Shown here: in pieces, positions 1-13,390 of the stretch
How the letters are laid out: every line of letters begins with the position of its first letter
Position numbering within the stretch: position 1 is the stretch's first letter
NCBI GenBank assembly: GCA_964016885.1
Contig: OZ024743.1
Location: forward strand, 59,210,001-59,274,000
Direction: 5' to 3'
Length of the DNA: 64,000 bases
Source: Eledone cirrhosa
Taxonomy: Eukaryota
Made by a program: the position numbers and the translations under genes
The notes under the pieces: generated by a model
The model's database searches: none
What the model was told of the DNA's origin: nothing
Seen by the model: the letters and a program-made list of their open reading frames with translations, nothing else

Positions 1-445
1 TTCTCTCGTCCCCTCTGCCATGTCAGTTAACACTTTCTCTCTACTGACCTGTTCCTCGCACTCCCACTCACTCAGTCCCTGTTTCTCCCCTTCTTTCTTC
101 CTCTCGTTCGCTGTGAAAACGGTTTTCCTTCTTTCTAACACCGGATTCACTAGCGAGAGGTCTGTTCTTGACTCGCGCATATATTCACACAGATTATGCT
201 GAAAGAATAACTATGTTGCTTGTGTTTATTTCCATCTTCGATTAGCTTCCCCTGTATTGTTTACTTGTCTCACTCGCTTTACGCTTTTCTATTGTCCTAA
301 TAACTTATTTTAGTTATTATCGCTCCAACGTGAGGTATATGATTTTTAATGCGATGAAATACCCATGATCGTTTGGTAAATCACTGATGAGGGACTCATT
401 TTATAACATGTTATCCATGTGCAACCAGCTGTATTCTTCTCACCC
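1..445 (+). repeat. Dispersed TA-flanked repeat (pLTR/retrozyme-like), homologous to 57780-58380
   Basis: Shared blocks gtttacttgtctcactcgctttacgc and tgaggtatatgatttttaatgcgatgaaata...aaatcactgaYgagg...ccatgtgcaacca in both loci. Confidence 0.7.
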
Positions 446-450
446 ATATT

Positions 451-600
<150 letters not shown>

Positions 601-699
601 GCATTTTTTCTTCTAGCTTTAATGTTATATCTAATTGTGTATGGTTGACGGTATATTTAATCGATTTCCACATGCTATTGAAATGTTAGGTAAATATTT

Positions 700-1227
700 T
701 ATAGCGGTTGAAGAGGACACCACACCAGAGGCACTAACACTTGCTTCCTGAAGCTCCCACACTTCAGTGAAGAAACAACAACAGCCATCCGCAGAGCTAT
801 CAGACTAGAGGGACTAGATATCCAACTGGCCCACTCAGGTCCTTCTATACGCGGACAGCTAACCAAAGACACTCCACCAGACATGACAACTTCTGCAGAC
901 TAGCCAACTGCCCCATCAACGACACAGACCTATGCCACCAGGCTTACGTCGTATACAGACTAGAGTGTGATAAATGCAACAACTTCTACGTAGTTAGCAC
1001 CACCAGACCACTCCACATAAGAATAAAAGAAAACCTCAATAGTAACGCTTCCTCATTTAAGAAACACCTAGTTAAATGCAAAAACACCGACAAAACCATA
1101 ACAGTTAGGATAGAAACTAAGGAAAGAAACATCGGCAATCTTAGAATTAAGGTAGCACTAATGATAGACAAAACACAACAACCAGTCAATAATAGACTAG
1201 AACTCAACACCCAATTTATAACTTGAT
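700..1227 (+). pseudogene. Penelope-like element 3' fragment: linker + GIY-YIG endonuclease (frameshifted)
   Basis: Manual translation FLKLPHFSEE...; CRLANCPINDTDLCHQAYVVYRLECDKCNNFYVVSTTRPLHIRIKE fits the PLE GIY-YIG pattern VVY-C-x2-C-Y(V/I)G-T-R-R-E. Confidence 0.8.
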
Positions 1228-1584
1228 AGAACTTCTAGCCCCATATATACACCAACTCCACACACACACACGCACACACGCACGCACACACACACTCACA
1301 CACGCTTACACCTCCACTTATTCTCTCTCACACATACACGCACAAAACCAATTCTAATACGAGATAATATCTATCACCCACATTTACGTATAGACATATC
1401 TTCCGACACTCACACACACACACTCACATACTTACACCTTCATGCATTCTCCCACACACTTAAACATACATGTACAAAAAAAACAAAACAAAAAAAAACC
1501 TTTTAAAGGGAGACTACTCTTTATCCACCTAATCTTAACTCTTTGACATTAGAGATAGAACAGATACTCTATACCATTTCCTGA

Positions 1585-1830
1585 CAGCATGACTTGGCAA
1601 GCTATTTAGAACACTGGATTAACAGATTTACTTCCCTCTGAAGAAGAGATATTATCTCGAAAATTAAGGACATTTAAATAAATCTAAGGTTAAAAGACTA
1701 ATTGTCAACAATATCTTTTGCATTTGCATTCTTTATTTTATGTCCATACCTGCATTGTTTTGGCTTTACTATACATATACAAACGTTTATACCTCATTAC
1801 ACAATGCTTCAAGTGAACTATAACCTCCTC
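1585..1830 (+). mobile_element. Penelope-like pseudo-LTR 3' end; second copy at 55878-56124
   Basis: Lies downstream of the GIY-YIG fragment, carries a hammerhead-like core, ends at (TA)n; near-identical solo copy at 55.9 kb. Confidence 0.7.
1633..1670 (+). ncRNA. Minimal hammerhead ribozyme motif
   Basis: cct-CTGAAGA-a-gagat/att/atctc-GAAA-att-a-agg; stem II 5 bp, palindromic AATT in place of stem III, stem I only 3 bp. Confidence 0.5.
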
Positions 1831-1831
1831 C

Positions 1832-2061
<230 letters not shown>

Positions 2062-2604
2062 AGCGGGGAATTCTGATCAATTTAATGACGGTGGCAAGGC
2101 AATTTTTGCGATCATGCTTCCTATATAGATGCTCAAAAGTAGCGATGCCACGTGATAGATAATTCCCTTTCGGATCCCGACATAAGGATTCGTTCATAAA
2201 AAAGACGGCATCCATATAGAACACACAGGCGGATACCAATCTGAGAAATTTAAGAATTTGAGCAGTTTAACCGAGAAGGACATTAGATTTTTGCAAATGT
2301 ATCGCGGGGACCAAAATATTTTGGTTTCGATGATCGAACACAACTACCAACTAAAATTACTGAATATTGATTATTAGTAAAAGATGATTACGAGCTACTT
2401 ATCAACAGGTGGCTCTACTAACAGTCAGTGTTTTCCTCTGCACACCGAGGAAAATTTTTATTCATATAAATAAATGAATAAAAAAATAAATATATATATA
2501 ATTGGTGTTGGATGCTTAAAGTGTCCGTATGCAGTAGGCCGTTTGAGCAGTCGATGGTCTCATAGAGCAGAATATTTAGGAAAATCTGCTTCGCAGAATC
2601 AAGG

Positions 2605-2696
2605 CGTATCTGAGGACCTTGAGATTTTCAGAGTCAGGCTCGATAATCACATCGATCGTGTATCGAAGTGATCGCCAGAGAAACGATTGTAATATG
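2605..2696 (+). ncRNA. Hammerhead ribozyme motif with long stem II (homolog at 41309-41399)
   Basis: cgtat-CTGAGGA-(~63 nt)-GAAAC-gatt-GTA-atatg; stem I cgtat/atatg. Confidence 0.5.
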
Positions 2697-2740
2697 TCCA
2701 ATAAATTCCATTCGTCGCAACACTGATTATCTTTTTATTG

Positions 2741-2837
<97 letters not shown>

Positions 2838-3049
2838 GATATACATATATATACATATATAGCGGGGAATTCTGATCAATTACTATATATATATAGTATT
2901 AAGTATACTATTTATGGTTATGTATATACTAAAACTTTTTATAGTTATATATATTTTAAACCCTAAACAGTGAAAGACAGTAATTTATTACTACCTTATT
3001 ATCAGTAAGATAAATAGCTCACTGTAATAACATCAGTTGTTCTACAGAG

Positions 3050-3397
3050 CAGTTATATAGAATTCACAGGAATCAAAGCTATGTTCAAAGCATTTATTAG
3101 CTTACAATTGTTTCACCCAAACCGAGGCTTGGTTTCTTCGGAGCATTTTTCAATATTTGTATACATACATAACCTCCTTTCCAACGCAAAAGACATACAG
3201 ATACATATGTATATATTGATGTACAGCGGGGTGACATATATTATATTATTGTGAATGGCAATTTAAATTCAAAAATTGAAATCATATTAAAACAGAATCA
3301 AAGCAAAATTTGAAGACTCCAAGCCTCGGTTTGGATGAAACAATTGCAAGCTAATAAATGCTTTGTACATAGCTTTGATTCCTGTGAATTCTATATC
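3050..3397. repeat. Inverted repeat (arms ~3050-3133 / ~3319-3397) with hammerhead-like cores
   Basis: tagaattcacaggaatcaaagctatg...aaccgaggcttgg is the reverse complement of ccaagcctcggtttgg...catagctttgattcctgtgaattcta; minus strand 3099-3145 reads gct-CCGAAGA-...-GAAAC-aatt-GTA-agc. Confidence 0.75.
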
Positions 3398-3405
3398 TAT
3401 ATATA

Positions 3406-3446
<41 letters not shown>

Positions 3447-3457
3447 CTATATCTATA

Positions 3458-3510
<53 letters not shown>

Positions 3511-3810
3511 CTATTTATATATGAATAGCAAATTAGAAATGCAAGGAAATAAGGAAATAAGGAAATAATAGACAAAAACATACCTATATTTTCTACAAAG
3601 ACCCGACTGCAGTTTCGCCGAATAAATTACCAGTAATCATGCACTATAGAAGAGCTCGATCACTGTAAGATTGATATTGCTTATCAAGAGACCCCCTCAG
3701 TTAGTGGACAGACTATTGATCCAATCGTAACAAGTGAATAATTCTCTTTCTCTGTATCTCCCTCTCGCTCTCTCTTTCTCTCTCTCTCTCTCTCTAGCTT
3801 TCTCTCTCTC

Positions 3811-3877
<67 letters not shown>

Positions 3878-3879
<2 letters not shown>

Positions 3880-4421
3880 AATTAGGATTGGTGCTCTGAA
3901 ATAGCGATGTATACATGAATGCATGTATAGTATAGATGGCAATATACCGTATGTTTAATTAAAATCATTTAGATACCATTCGCTATCAGTTTTAAAGTAG
4001 TGACTATGTAACTTACCTATTTTCGGCGAAATAAGGAAGATAGGCTGACAGTCTGTTTCACGCTGGTTGGCGTTCATCAGAATCACGCACCCCCCTGCTT
4101 CCGACGAAAATTAAAGGAGCTGGATTCTTATAGAATTCCAGTAATAATCAGGAGCTGATTATACAGCGCGATTGCCGGTCCAGAAAAAATTAGGATTTAG
4201 GATTGGTGCTCTGAAATAGCGATGTATACATGAATCTATGTCGAGTATACTTGGCCATATACCGTATGTTTAATTAAAAGCATTTAGAAGATCATTCGCT
4301 ATCAGTTTTAAAGTAGTGACTAAATCATTTACTTATTTTTGGCGAAAGATGGGAGAGAGGCTGACAGTCTGTTTCACGCTGTTTGGCGTTGATCAGAACC
4401 ACCCACTCCCCTGCTTCCGCC

Positions 4422-4423
<2 letters not shown>
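3878..4423 (-). mobile_element. Tandem ~316-bp unit (about 1.7 copies) with one hammerhead per unit; non-LTR retrozyme-like
   Basis: ttaggattggtgctctgaaatagcgatgtatacatgaat repeats at ~3882 and ~4197; flanked by (TA)n on both sides; homolog at 55183-55560. Confidence 0.75.
4043..4085 (-). ncRNA. Type I hammerhead ribozyme
   Basis: Minus strand gatt-CTGATGA-acgc/caacca/gcgt-GAAAC-agact-GTC-agcc; second copy at 4359-4402 has CTGATCA core and stem I ggtt/agcc. Confidence 0.7.
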
Positions 4424-4475
<52 letters not shown>

Positions 4476-5879
4476 TACACACATACACTCACACACTTAT
4501 GTATATATATGGATTATGGGAGATGCATGCGTTTATGATTTAGGAAAAAGAGGATCAGATTGAATATTCACACAATGCTTCTTTGCATAGCTCGTTTGAT
4601 TATTCAGCAACGTGATGCTTACAATAGTTCATATTTTAAACATATTGTTCTATGAGGGAAGTTCTGGATATATGAAACATAAGGAAAATAATGAAATATA
4701 CAACATATATTTATTTATTATCGCATCACTCAATCTAATGACAAATCTATGCTAAGATGTCATCATTGAAGAAATACAAGTTGATCAAAGTTCAGCGAAA
4801 GTGTTAATAAAATATATGTGGGTAAATAGATTCCTTCATAACGGAATCATTGAGACTGATTGAGAATTAATGTAGTGATGTGTAGAACATCCGGGAATTA
4901 GATACATGTTAAAGGATACGACCAATTGCTCTGAGGAGATATTCAGATATTTCAAGAGAATGAATAATTATAGGAACTGTATATTAGCTTACATCAATGT
5001 TAATTTCATGGTAATGCCAACAGATTACTGAATTGATATAGCTTCAGAAACTGTATTCTGCTAGATGTGTGATATTACGGTTTGTCTTTAAATATCTACA
5101 GATGTTACGTTACACTCCTGAATGATCTGCTTCAATAAGTGTTCGAGTGACCTGCGCCTATAACGGAAAACGTAATACGAATGATGATTTATTACGTATA
5201 TTAATATAACAATTTGTGTATGTTATTTGCTACTCTTATATATTTTCTGTGTGAGGTTTCCTGATCATAATTCAGAAATATTCTGCAACTGTCGCTTGAA
5301 TATATATTGCTTTTCGAACTCAGAAACAAATTAATAAAGTAAAAGACATGAATAAAAACATTGATAACAAAACAGCAAAAACAACGAATAGAAAAGAGAA
5401 AACACCAACAGACTGAAATGTGAATAATTTCTGTTGGTATTGAAGTAGACGCATTGAACGTTGCAGTAATTTAGCAGCCAGAAATTTAGAATTAATCATA
5501 TTTTCTATAACACATTAAGCACTTAATATAAATCTTGATTTCTGTGAAATTAGATCATTAATGATCCCTATTATATACATGCATTTGAAATATAGTTCCA
5601 TGGGAAATACTTTAGATATTAATTATTTAAGCTTTCTTCTAAGTTTCGTTGTGTCGAGCACTAATTAAGAACGATTCTATGAGGTTCCTTAGAGATCTGA
5701 CACCTAGCAAGCGCCTTCACTAATTAGATATTTTGTGCTAATTACATCTATTCAATCGTACATTACAAGAAATTCATTCAAATGAAACATATGGTCGCTT
5801 TTCTTCTCTATGATATGCAGAAACATGATTATATTGTATTTATGCAGTCGTGTTGTCTATATTATGTTATATTGTTGCC

Positions 5880-6130
5880 TGCGACTCATTGGTTGGGGTT
5901 TGGGATTCCAGATCGTAAGGTCATGTGTTCAATACCTGGCTGTATGTTGTGTCTATCAGCAAGACTATTCATATCATATTGCTCTATTCCACACAACTGC
6001 AAATTGAATTGTACTTGTCTTGTGAAAGCCTGTGTCACGCTGAGTCGTTTTGAGTACAACGTTCATCGTACATATGTCTGAATTTCACAGGAAGAATATT
6101 CTGTGGATCAAACAACTAAAATATTGATCT
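5880..6130 (+). mobile_element. Degenerate tRNA-derived SINE (family 2)
   Basis: A-box-like ttggttggggt, gatcgtaag, B-box-like gttcaatacctgg; similar to the reverse complement of 37500-37625. Confidence 0.5.
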
Positions 6131-6296
6131 TCATGATGGGTGGCAGTTCGACACGTTACATATAATGTTGGATCTTCTCTACATTAGATACGTTATTCTG
6201 AACATTAACTGATATTGCACTGATATTTTCATCATTAATATCTCCAGTGTATTCAGTCAACACACTGCCGATTGCCTTCGCCAAATTGGGATGAGA

Positions 6297-7023
6297 TCAT
6301 CCCAATGTATGATATAGCGGATATTGCTTGCTTTCCTCATTAGTAATTGTTTCATCATCTTCACATCGCCACACAGATGAGTGGTGCAAACGAACTACGA
6401 GTCTGAAATTTGTAGACATTGCACATCTGCATTTCCCTCCTATTTAATATTTTCGTTTTTCCTCCTTGATTTTGTTAACATGAAGTTCTAAATAGATTTC
6501 AATATATATTTATGCGGATTTCTAAACAAAGCCACAGTCTAAGATTTTCTCATAATTTTGAAAGTGTGGTAGGTCTAGTAATATAATTAACTTTTTCATG
6601 ATTAATCTGGTATTTGAAACACAAATTTCTTACAGTGCTACTGCTAACATGTAACCTATTACAACCTGTGCATGGTCGGGTTGTCGGCAACTAAACCGGG
6701 ACCACCACCAAGTTGTTGAGTGAGGAAGGTAATTTTGGATATTCTGCGGGATAAAAAAACAGGAGTGTCATCGGCAATCCAACAAATGTTTTGTTGGGGT
6801 TAGTGGAGTGAGATACTTCATTAAGACATGTCTCTATGATATAAAACCTACGACTTTCGTTTGCATCCAATAATGTAGACAAGTTCTACTCTTTTAGTAG
6901 TGGAATTGGCTTCGGGCAAAGACTTTACTCACTTAAAAAAAGCTTCATACACTGGCATCACTTTATATGTGACATGTTTTCCATTCCATGGAATGGCTCG
7001 CCTTAGGCAAGTTTCCATCATGT
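6297..7023 (-). CDS. Tentative last three exons of an unidentified host gene (7023-6933, 6743-6666, 6402-6297)
   Basis: Acceptors tttttag, ttttttatcccgcag, aatttcag; donors gtgagt, gttgta; compatible phases give MMETCLRRAIPWNGKHVTYKVMPVYEAFFKISKITFLTQQLGGGPGLVADNPTMHRLVVRLHHSSVWRCEDDETITNEESKQYPLYHTLG*; no homolog recognised. Confidence 0.3.
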
Positions 7024-7099
7024 CTAAAAATCCGTGTCCGTGCTGCTCATGCTTACGTACCAAGCGATGGTATTACTCGTAATCGAGTTGCAGACATTA

Positions 7100-7312
<213 letters not shown>

Positions 7313-7864
7313 TAGATTATGATGAGCCAGACTTAATCCAGTAGAAATAACCATGCATTGAGATAAAATGAACCCTATATGGATGTATTGTGTACCTTAC
7401 TTTTTATAAATATAATTCAGGCTTAACTTCTGTTGCGAAAAACTTTTATCTCTAGTAGTAAAACCAGGAAATATAAGATGGGTCAGATCTCGTTAATCAC
7501 AACGGAGCAAGCACATTATTATTTGTAGTGAACAATACACACTTACTTAACATATGGATAATGGTATTTTAACATAGATAACACCCAACAACCTCCTGCT
7601 CCCAATAAATCAGCATAGGAAATTAAGATGTCTATTTCTTGATAGTCTTAGTGATAAGGAAACATAGATAAACTTTCTCACGTTTACGTTCCTCTGAAGA
7701 TCGTTTGCTGAGGGCACCACAGAAATAGAGATTCTGATAAGTAAAATAGCACCAATTGTTTCATACAGCGTTTAAGCTACAGGAAATTATACGGTAACAG
7801 GAAAATGTTGGGATTTCTGTCTGTGAGGGTCAAGAACCAATATGTTAAGAAGCAGAAAGTTATA

Positions 7865-7924
<60 letters not shown>

Positions 7925-7925
<1 letters not shown>

Positions 7926-10900
7926 CTACATTTATTAACCACAAGGGTTTACATAAAGTAGACATTAAGGACAGTACAGGACAATACTGGGCGATACAAA
8001 ATGGTATTTCTGCGTGTAAAAAAATCAAAAACAGAGGATGTAACAAAAAAAAACAATGAAAAATTCCCAAATAGGGGGGAGACTTACGAGGGACATTTGT
8101 GGAGAAAGCCCATTAAAAGGCCACAGTGACCCTGACCACCAGGGCAAGTGTCCTCTCCCAGTTTTCCACCTTTAATTTACAGACACATACTCAGAGTAGG
8201 CTCATTCACTCGGGCCATACTTGCTTCTCTCACCCATCTTTCAACAAAATGCTGGGAAGAGAGCACTTCCCTCTCTACCTGATTTTCCATTTCAAATGAA
8301 ATTTGAAAAAGTTAATCAGGGCATCGCCGAAGAGGTAAGTGCTCGTCTTCAGCCCTTTCAAACGTGTCCAGCATACTATCTCTTTCGCCATGGCCACCAG
8401 ACAGATAAAAACTGCCTGCTCTTCCCGGCTAAAGGAAGAGAGCGGGGCAATCCTCACGATAGACTCAGCTGATAGCTGGATCCGTCCTACACGTGACAGC
8501 AGGTGTTCGACATAAACTCACAAGTCAGCAATGTTCGGATACTGGACGAGTGCGTGCAGGACGGTTTTGTCGCCCTGCGCGCATTTCGGACATGCCCGGC
8601 TGACGGCACCTCCATGCCTCTAGAGTTTATCCCGAACTGGCAAACCTCCTCGGTAGCACTGCCAGGCCAGGGATTTCTGGAATTTGTCCATAGGCCCCGG
8701 CCCGAAAGTTCTTCCGAAGAGATTGGCTAGTTGATTTTCGCCGACGCCTTGAGTTTCTCCAAGTACGTCGTCGCTTTTCCCCTGCACTAATCCTCTATAG
8801 AACGCCAAAGTGGAGTTTCCACCGATCACATTGCTCGATTGGTTGAGGGCTGTGAGTGCCTGCAGACATTCCAGTCTACAAGCACCCCTTCTCGGTCTTC
8901 ACTTGACCCAGGACTGCAGCTCCGCCAAGGAGACGAGCTGGGAAAAGACGCGTCTAGCAAACGGCGACCACATCTGATCACCGTCGAGGAAGAGGTGGAG
9001 ATGTCGTAGCCTGAGCTCGTGTCTGCGCATCATCAGCCACAGCATGCCCAGCCCTCCACGTAGCGGGTGTTGACCATCGGAGCGCGTCCCTTCCACAAAA
9101 AGCGAAAGAGCAAACGCTCCAGCGCAGTCAGGCGGGGCTTAGGACAAGGTACGACGCTCAGGCGGTAGTAGATGACGGGCGCTATGTACGCGTTAGCCAC
9201 CTCCGCTCGACCTTTCAGGGATAGCTACCCCTCCGCCTATTTCTGTGTGAGAGAAGCCACCCTGCTCGTCACCTCGTCCCAGTTTTTGTCCGTCTGGAGG
9301 TCTGGACCGAACCAGAGCCCTAGCAATTTAACCGGTCCGTCCGACCAGCGCCCGACGAAGCTGTTGGACGGCATGGACCTGCCTCTCAAGGTGCCGAGTT
9401 GCAGGCCCACTGACTTTTCCTGGTTGATCATTGCTCCTGTCACCTCTTCGTATTCTCTTAGTGTAGTGCCGATCGCCTCGATGTGTTTGGCATTCGACAC
9501 CAACGGTGACATCGTCCGCATATGCTGACACGGATCTTCCGGATCCTAGTTTGCGCGGGACCCCCCTCAACGTCTCCAGTTTGTGCAGTAATGGCTCGAG
9601 AGTCAATACGTACAAGAGGGACGAGAGGGGACATCCTTGGCGGACCGAGCGCATGATGTTGAACGATTCCGAAAGGTGACCGTTCACTTTCACCACAGAG
9701 CAGATGTCGCTGTGCATGGCAGCGATCCAGCCTCTGAAGACGGGCCCAAAGCCAGCCGCCCTCAAGACTGCTTCTAGGTAACGATGGTCGACGCTATCGA
9801 AAGCTTTCGACTGATCTAAATTGATCAAGGACCCACCCGTGCCAGGTTCCTTAGCTATCCTATCTACGATGGATTGCATGAGGTGGAGGTTGTCGTGGAT
9901 GGATCTGTCGGGAATGGCGCACGTCTGCGCCTCTCCCACCAGACCACCAACGACAAGCGCCAAGCTCTTTGCTAGAACCTTGGCCAAAATCTTGAACTCT
10001 GTGTTTGGCAGAGTTATGGGCCTGGAAATTATCTATGTTATCCCCCTTGTTCGGATCCTTTCTCAGCAGCGCCACAGCTCCTCGGCTCACAGAGCTGGGA
10101 ATTCTCCCATTCTGTTGCCAGTTGCAGTATACGTCCGCCAAGATGCCTCCGAAAAATCTCTGGCATCTGTACTTAAAGTTCATAAGGCAGACCATCCAAA
10201 CCAGGCGATTTACCCCTTGTGCAGCCAGTCATTGCCTCCCGTACTTCAGCGGCTGTTATCATCTTTTTGTAACACTTCGCCTCAGTGGCCGAGAGCCGCG
10301 GCAGTCCGTCGAGGTAGACACTAAAGTCCATCCCTCGATCCGTTCCGCCGCTGCCCCCGAACAGCTGTGCGAAGTGTCGCTGAAAAGTTCACACATTTGC
10401 CCGGGATCGAGTAGCATGCGCCCGTCGTGGTCCACCAAAGAGCGGATCGTGGCTCTGTTGCCACGTCGCGCTTCCGCCACTCGGGCCCATTGAACGGCTT
10501 TCGTCCCCTCGTGTCTCAGAGCACGCACCCTAGCTCTGACAACGCAGCCTTCGTGCTTTGCATTGAAGAATTGGTCAAGGGCCAATTTCGCCGCAAGTAC
10601 GTCGGTCGCGATGCCTTTGCTAAGCGCCTCGTCTAATTTTCTAACTAGTTCTCCCTCTGCTCTATTTTCCTCTATAGCTAAAGCCTTACTAAACCTAATG
10701 GACACTATTCTAATCGCACTTTTCAGAGCAAACCACCACTTGTTGTTGACGATGAGCTCCGTCAACGCCTGCTTAACTAGTTCGCTAATCCGGTCTATGT
10801 AGCCCTTGAGCGCGGGTAAGGACGCGTTTAGCTTCAAGTAGCTGGGTCGTCGTCTATGAAGCCTATCTAAGTCAAGCACACAGATCACGAATTTGTGGTC

Positions 10901-13390
10901 TGTGTAGCTGACTATCTTGAATTGTGGACATATCTATTTCTCTACAAAATACTCTATCTAAATATGATCTGGATGACCCGATGGGGCTTGTCCATGTCCA
11001 CATTGGCACATTCGGGAAGTCCAATCGGTAGCTGTCAGACAGTTCAAAACGCCTGAGCAGGTTGGTGAGGCTCTTTCACCCTACTCCTCTATCCACTAAT
11101 CCCACACAGTCCCAGGGTGCATCTAAGATCCCGTTCCAGTCGCCCACAAACACTAAAGAGCGGGACGTTCAAAGAAAGGTCTGCAGATGCCGGAAGAAAT
11201 CAGGCCGCGATGCTCCTGTCGGGGCATAGACGGTACCTAGCCTGAAAGCTTGCCCGTCTCCGCTGGTCACGTCCAGTACCACCAACTTACCGTCTGCGTC
11301 CAGGAAGATGGCCCGTATGGCGAAATCCAAACCTCTCCGAAAAAGCACAGCAACTCTTCCCCCCGATCCAGGACGGCTTGGTGATGCGTACACATCGTAG
11401 CCGCCGTAGATCGATGCGAAGGCCCGTGCTTCGGAGATTCTGGTCTCGCTGATGGCCACTACATCTATGTTTAGTGACCTGAGGTCGTTGAGCAGGTGGC
11501 CCTGCTTCCATGACGACCCCAAGCCACGCGAATTTATGCTGCCTATTCTGAGTGAGGTCATGTTGAAATGGAGTGGAAAAGATGGGAAAGACCACTTACC
11601 TTACTTCTCGTAGAGGAAGGATGGTTTCTCCATCCTTTTTACTGCTTGTGGTCTCCTCCGGAAGGATGTCCATATAAATCCTCCTTGAGTGTGCTTGTCG
11701 GAAATCTCCGATGTCTCTGGGGAATTTTTGTTTTAGTGCCGTGTACGTTTTCTGTGTGATGCGTGTGATTTGTATGTGTGGAGGTGGTGTGAACTTTTGG
11801 GGTGTTGTGTAGTCTTTTTCTGTGATGCTGGTGTTGTGTTGGATGTAGTGTAATAGTTGGTTGTTGTTCAAATTTAATGCTGTGTAGTGTGTATCCTTTT
11901 GGTTGTTTTGTTTTGCTTGCGTTTGTTGTGGGTTTGTTTCTGTTTCGCTTTTTGGTGACTTTTGTGGTGTTGGGGTTAATGATGGTGATGGGGTTGGTGA
12001 TGCTGGTGTGCATGGTAGCATAGCTGTCCTAAATTTTTTGTTTGATAGTTTATTTGTTTCCTTCTGTATTTGGTTTTTGGAGGGGAAGGAAGAGGAGTTT
12101 TTTTTGGCTTCCTTTTCTTTTTTCTTTTTTCCTGATACCGTTTCCCACTCTCCATCGTCACAATCTGTTCCAGTTGCGATAGGTCGGGAGTGGAAAATCC
12201 TCCACATGCGTTGGTTTTGGTTGTGGCGTGGTGGATGTTGTAGGCGCTGGTACTAGTTCTGGCGCGTTGGGTCGTGGTGCTGTTGGATTTGTTAGTGTTG
12301 CTGGGCTTGTTGCTATTACAGTTGTTTCTGCTACAGTTGTCGCTGCCATTTCTGCTGCTGGTAGTGTTGATCGTTGAGTCAATGGGGTGGGTAAGAGAGG
12401 TGGCCTCAACGTTTTAGCCTGAGGGCAGAAAGCCCATAGGTGGGTTCCTTCACCACACACGACACACCTAGGCCATCTACCCTCGACGATTACGGTGAGG
12501 TGGCTGCCGTCACTGAGGTCTATTACCTCTGGGATCTCCTGAATGTGTTTTTGGTCCGCTTGGATCAGGAGCTCTATCCCATATCCGGACCAGTTCTTCT
12601 GCTTTTCTTTTACTATTTCTATTAAATTGCTGTTGACCTCGACAGCGGCGATCTTTACGAGTCTCTGGCCACATAGCTTGGGACGAGTGTGGAGTCGTTG
12701 CTTCTTAATGGGGCCATAGAGTGCTCTCTGGCCTCCTGTGGTGTTCCAAAGAACACGTCCACCCTTCCATATTTCTGCCCACGTCTGATGTGTGGTTTTT
12801 GTGCCCACACATGTCCGAAAGCATTTTGGATTTGGGACTCGGATGCCCGTTCCACTCGGCGCGATTTTATGTTAATCGTCCGATAAGACCCGGTGCATAG
12901 GCGCCGATGCTCCATTTTATTTAGTGGGGTGGGGCTGACCCTGTACCCTTCTTTCATTACCATTCTCTTGGCTTCATCTAATTCTTCCTGAGTTACCTGG
13001 ATTGTTTCGCATGTTTGGCTGCTCCGGCAAATGGCACGATGTTATTCTCATTGTTGTTGTTGCTGTTGTTGTTATCGTTATTTTTGTTATTGTTATTTTT
13101 AGTTTCAGTTGTGGTGGTGGTGGCGTCAGTGGTGTTCGGTGTGGAAGAGTTCATTCTGGGTGAATCCATTTCGATGTCACGAGATAATTTACTTTTTTCT
13201 TTTGTTTCTGTTGTCGCTGTGGTGGTGGTGGGGTAGAGGCTTCAACACATGCAGTCATTGGTAATGGCGGGAAATGAATGTCTGCATGAGACAAATTTAA
13301 ATTATTGCTACTGCTTATATTTTTAGTGTTGCCAAACGTAGTAATATTTACAATAGTGTGTCGGTGTGAGGTGTTAGTTTATGAGGAAGG
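7925..13390 (-). mobile_element. Tx1-like non-LTR retrotransposon copy 1 (degenerate, 5' truncated)
   Basis: ORF1 fragments 11596-13390 with CVVCGEGTHLWAFC knuckle; ORF2 fragments with APE (GSINSRGLG, ISET, YAP) and RT (LDQSKAFD, QGCPLS, YADD); 3' end abuts (TAA)n at 7873-7924. Confidence 0.95.
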
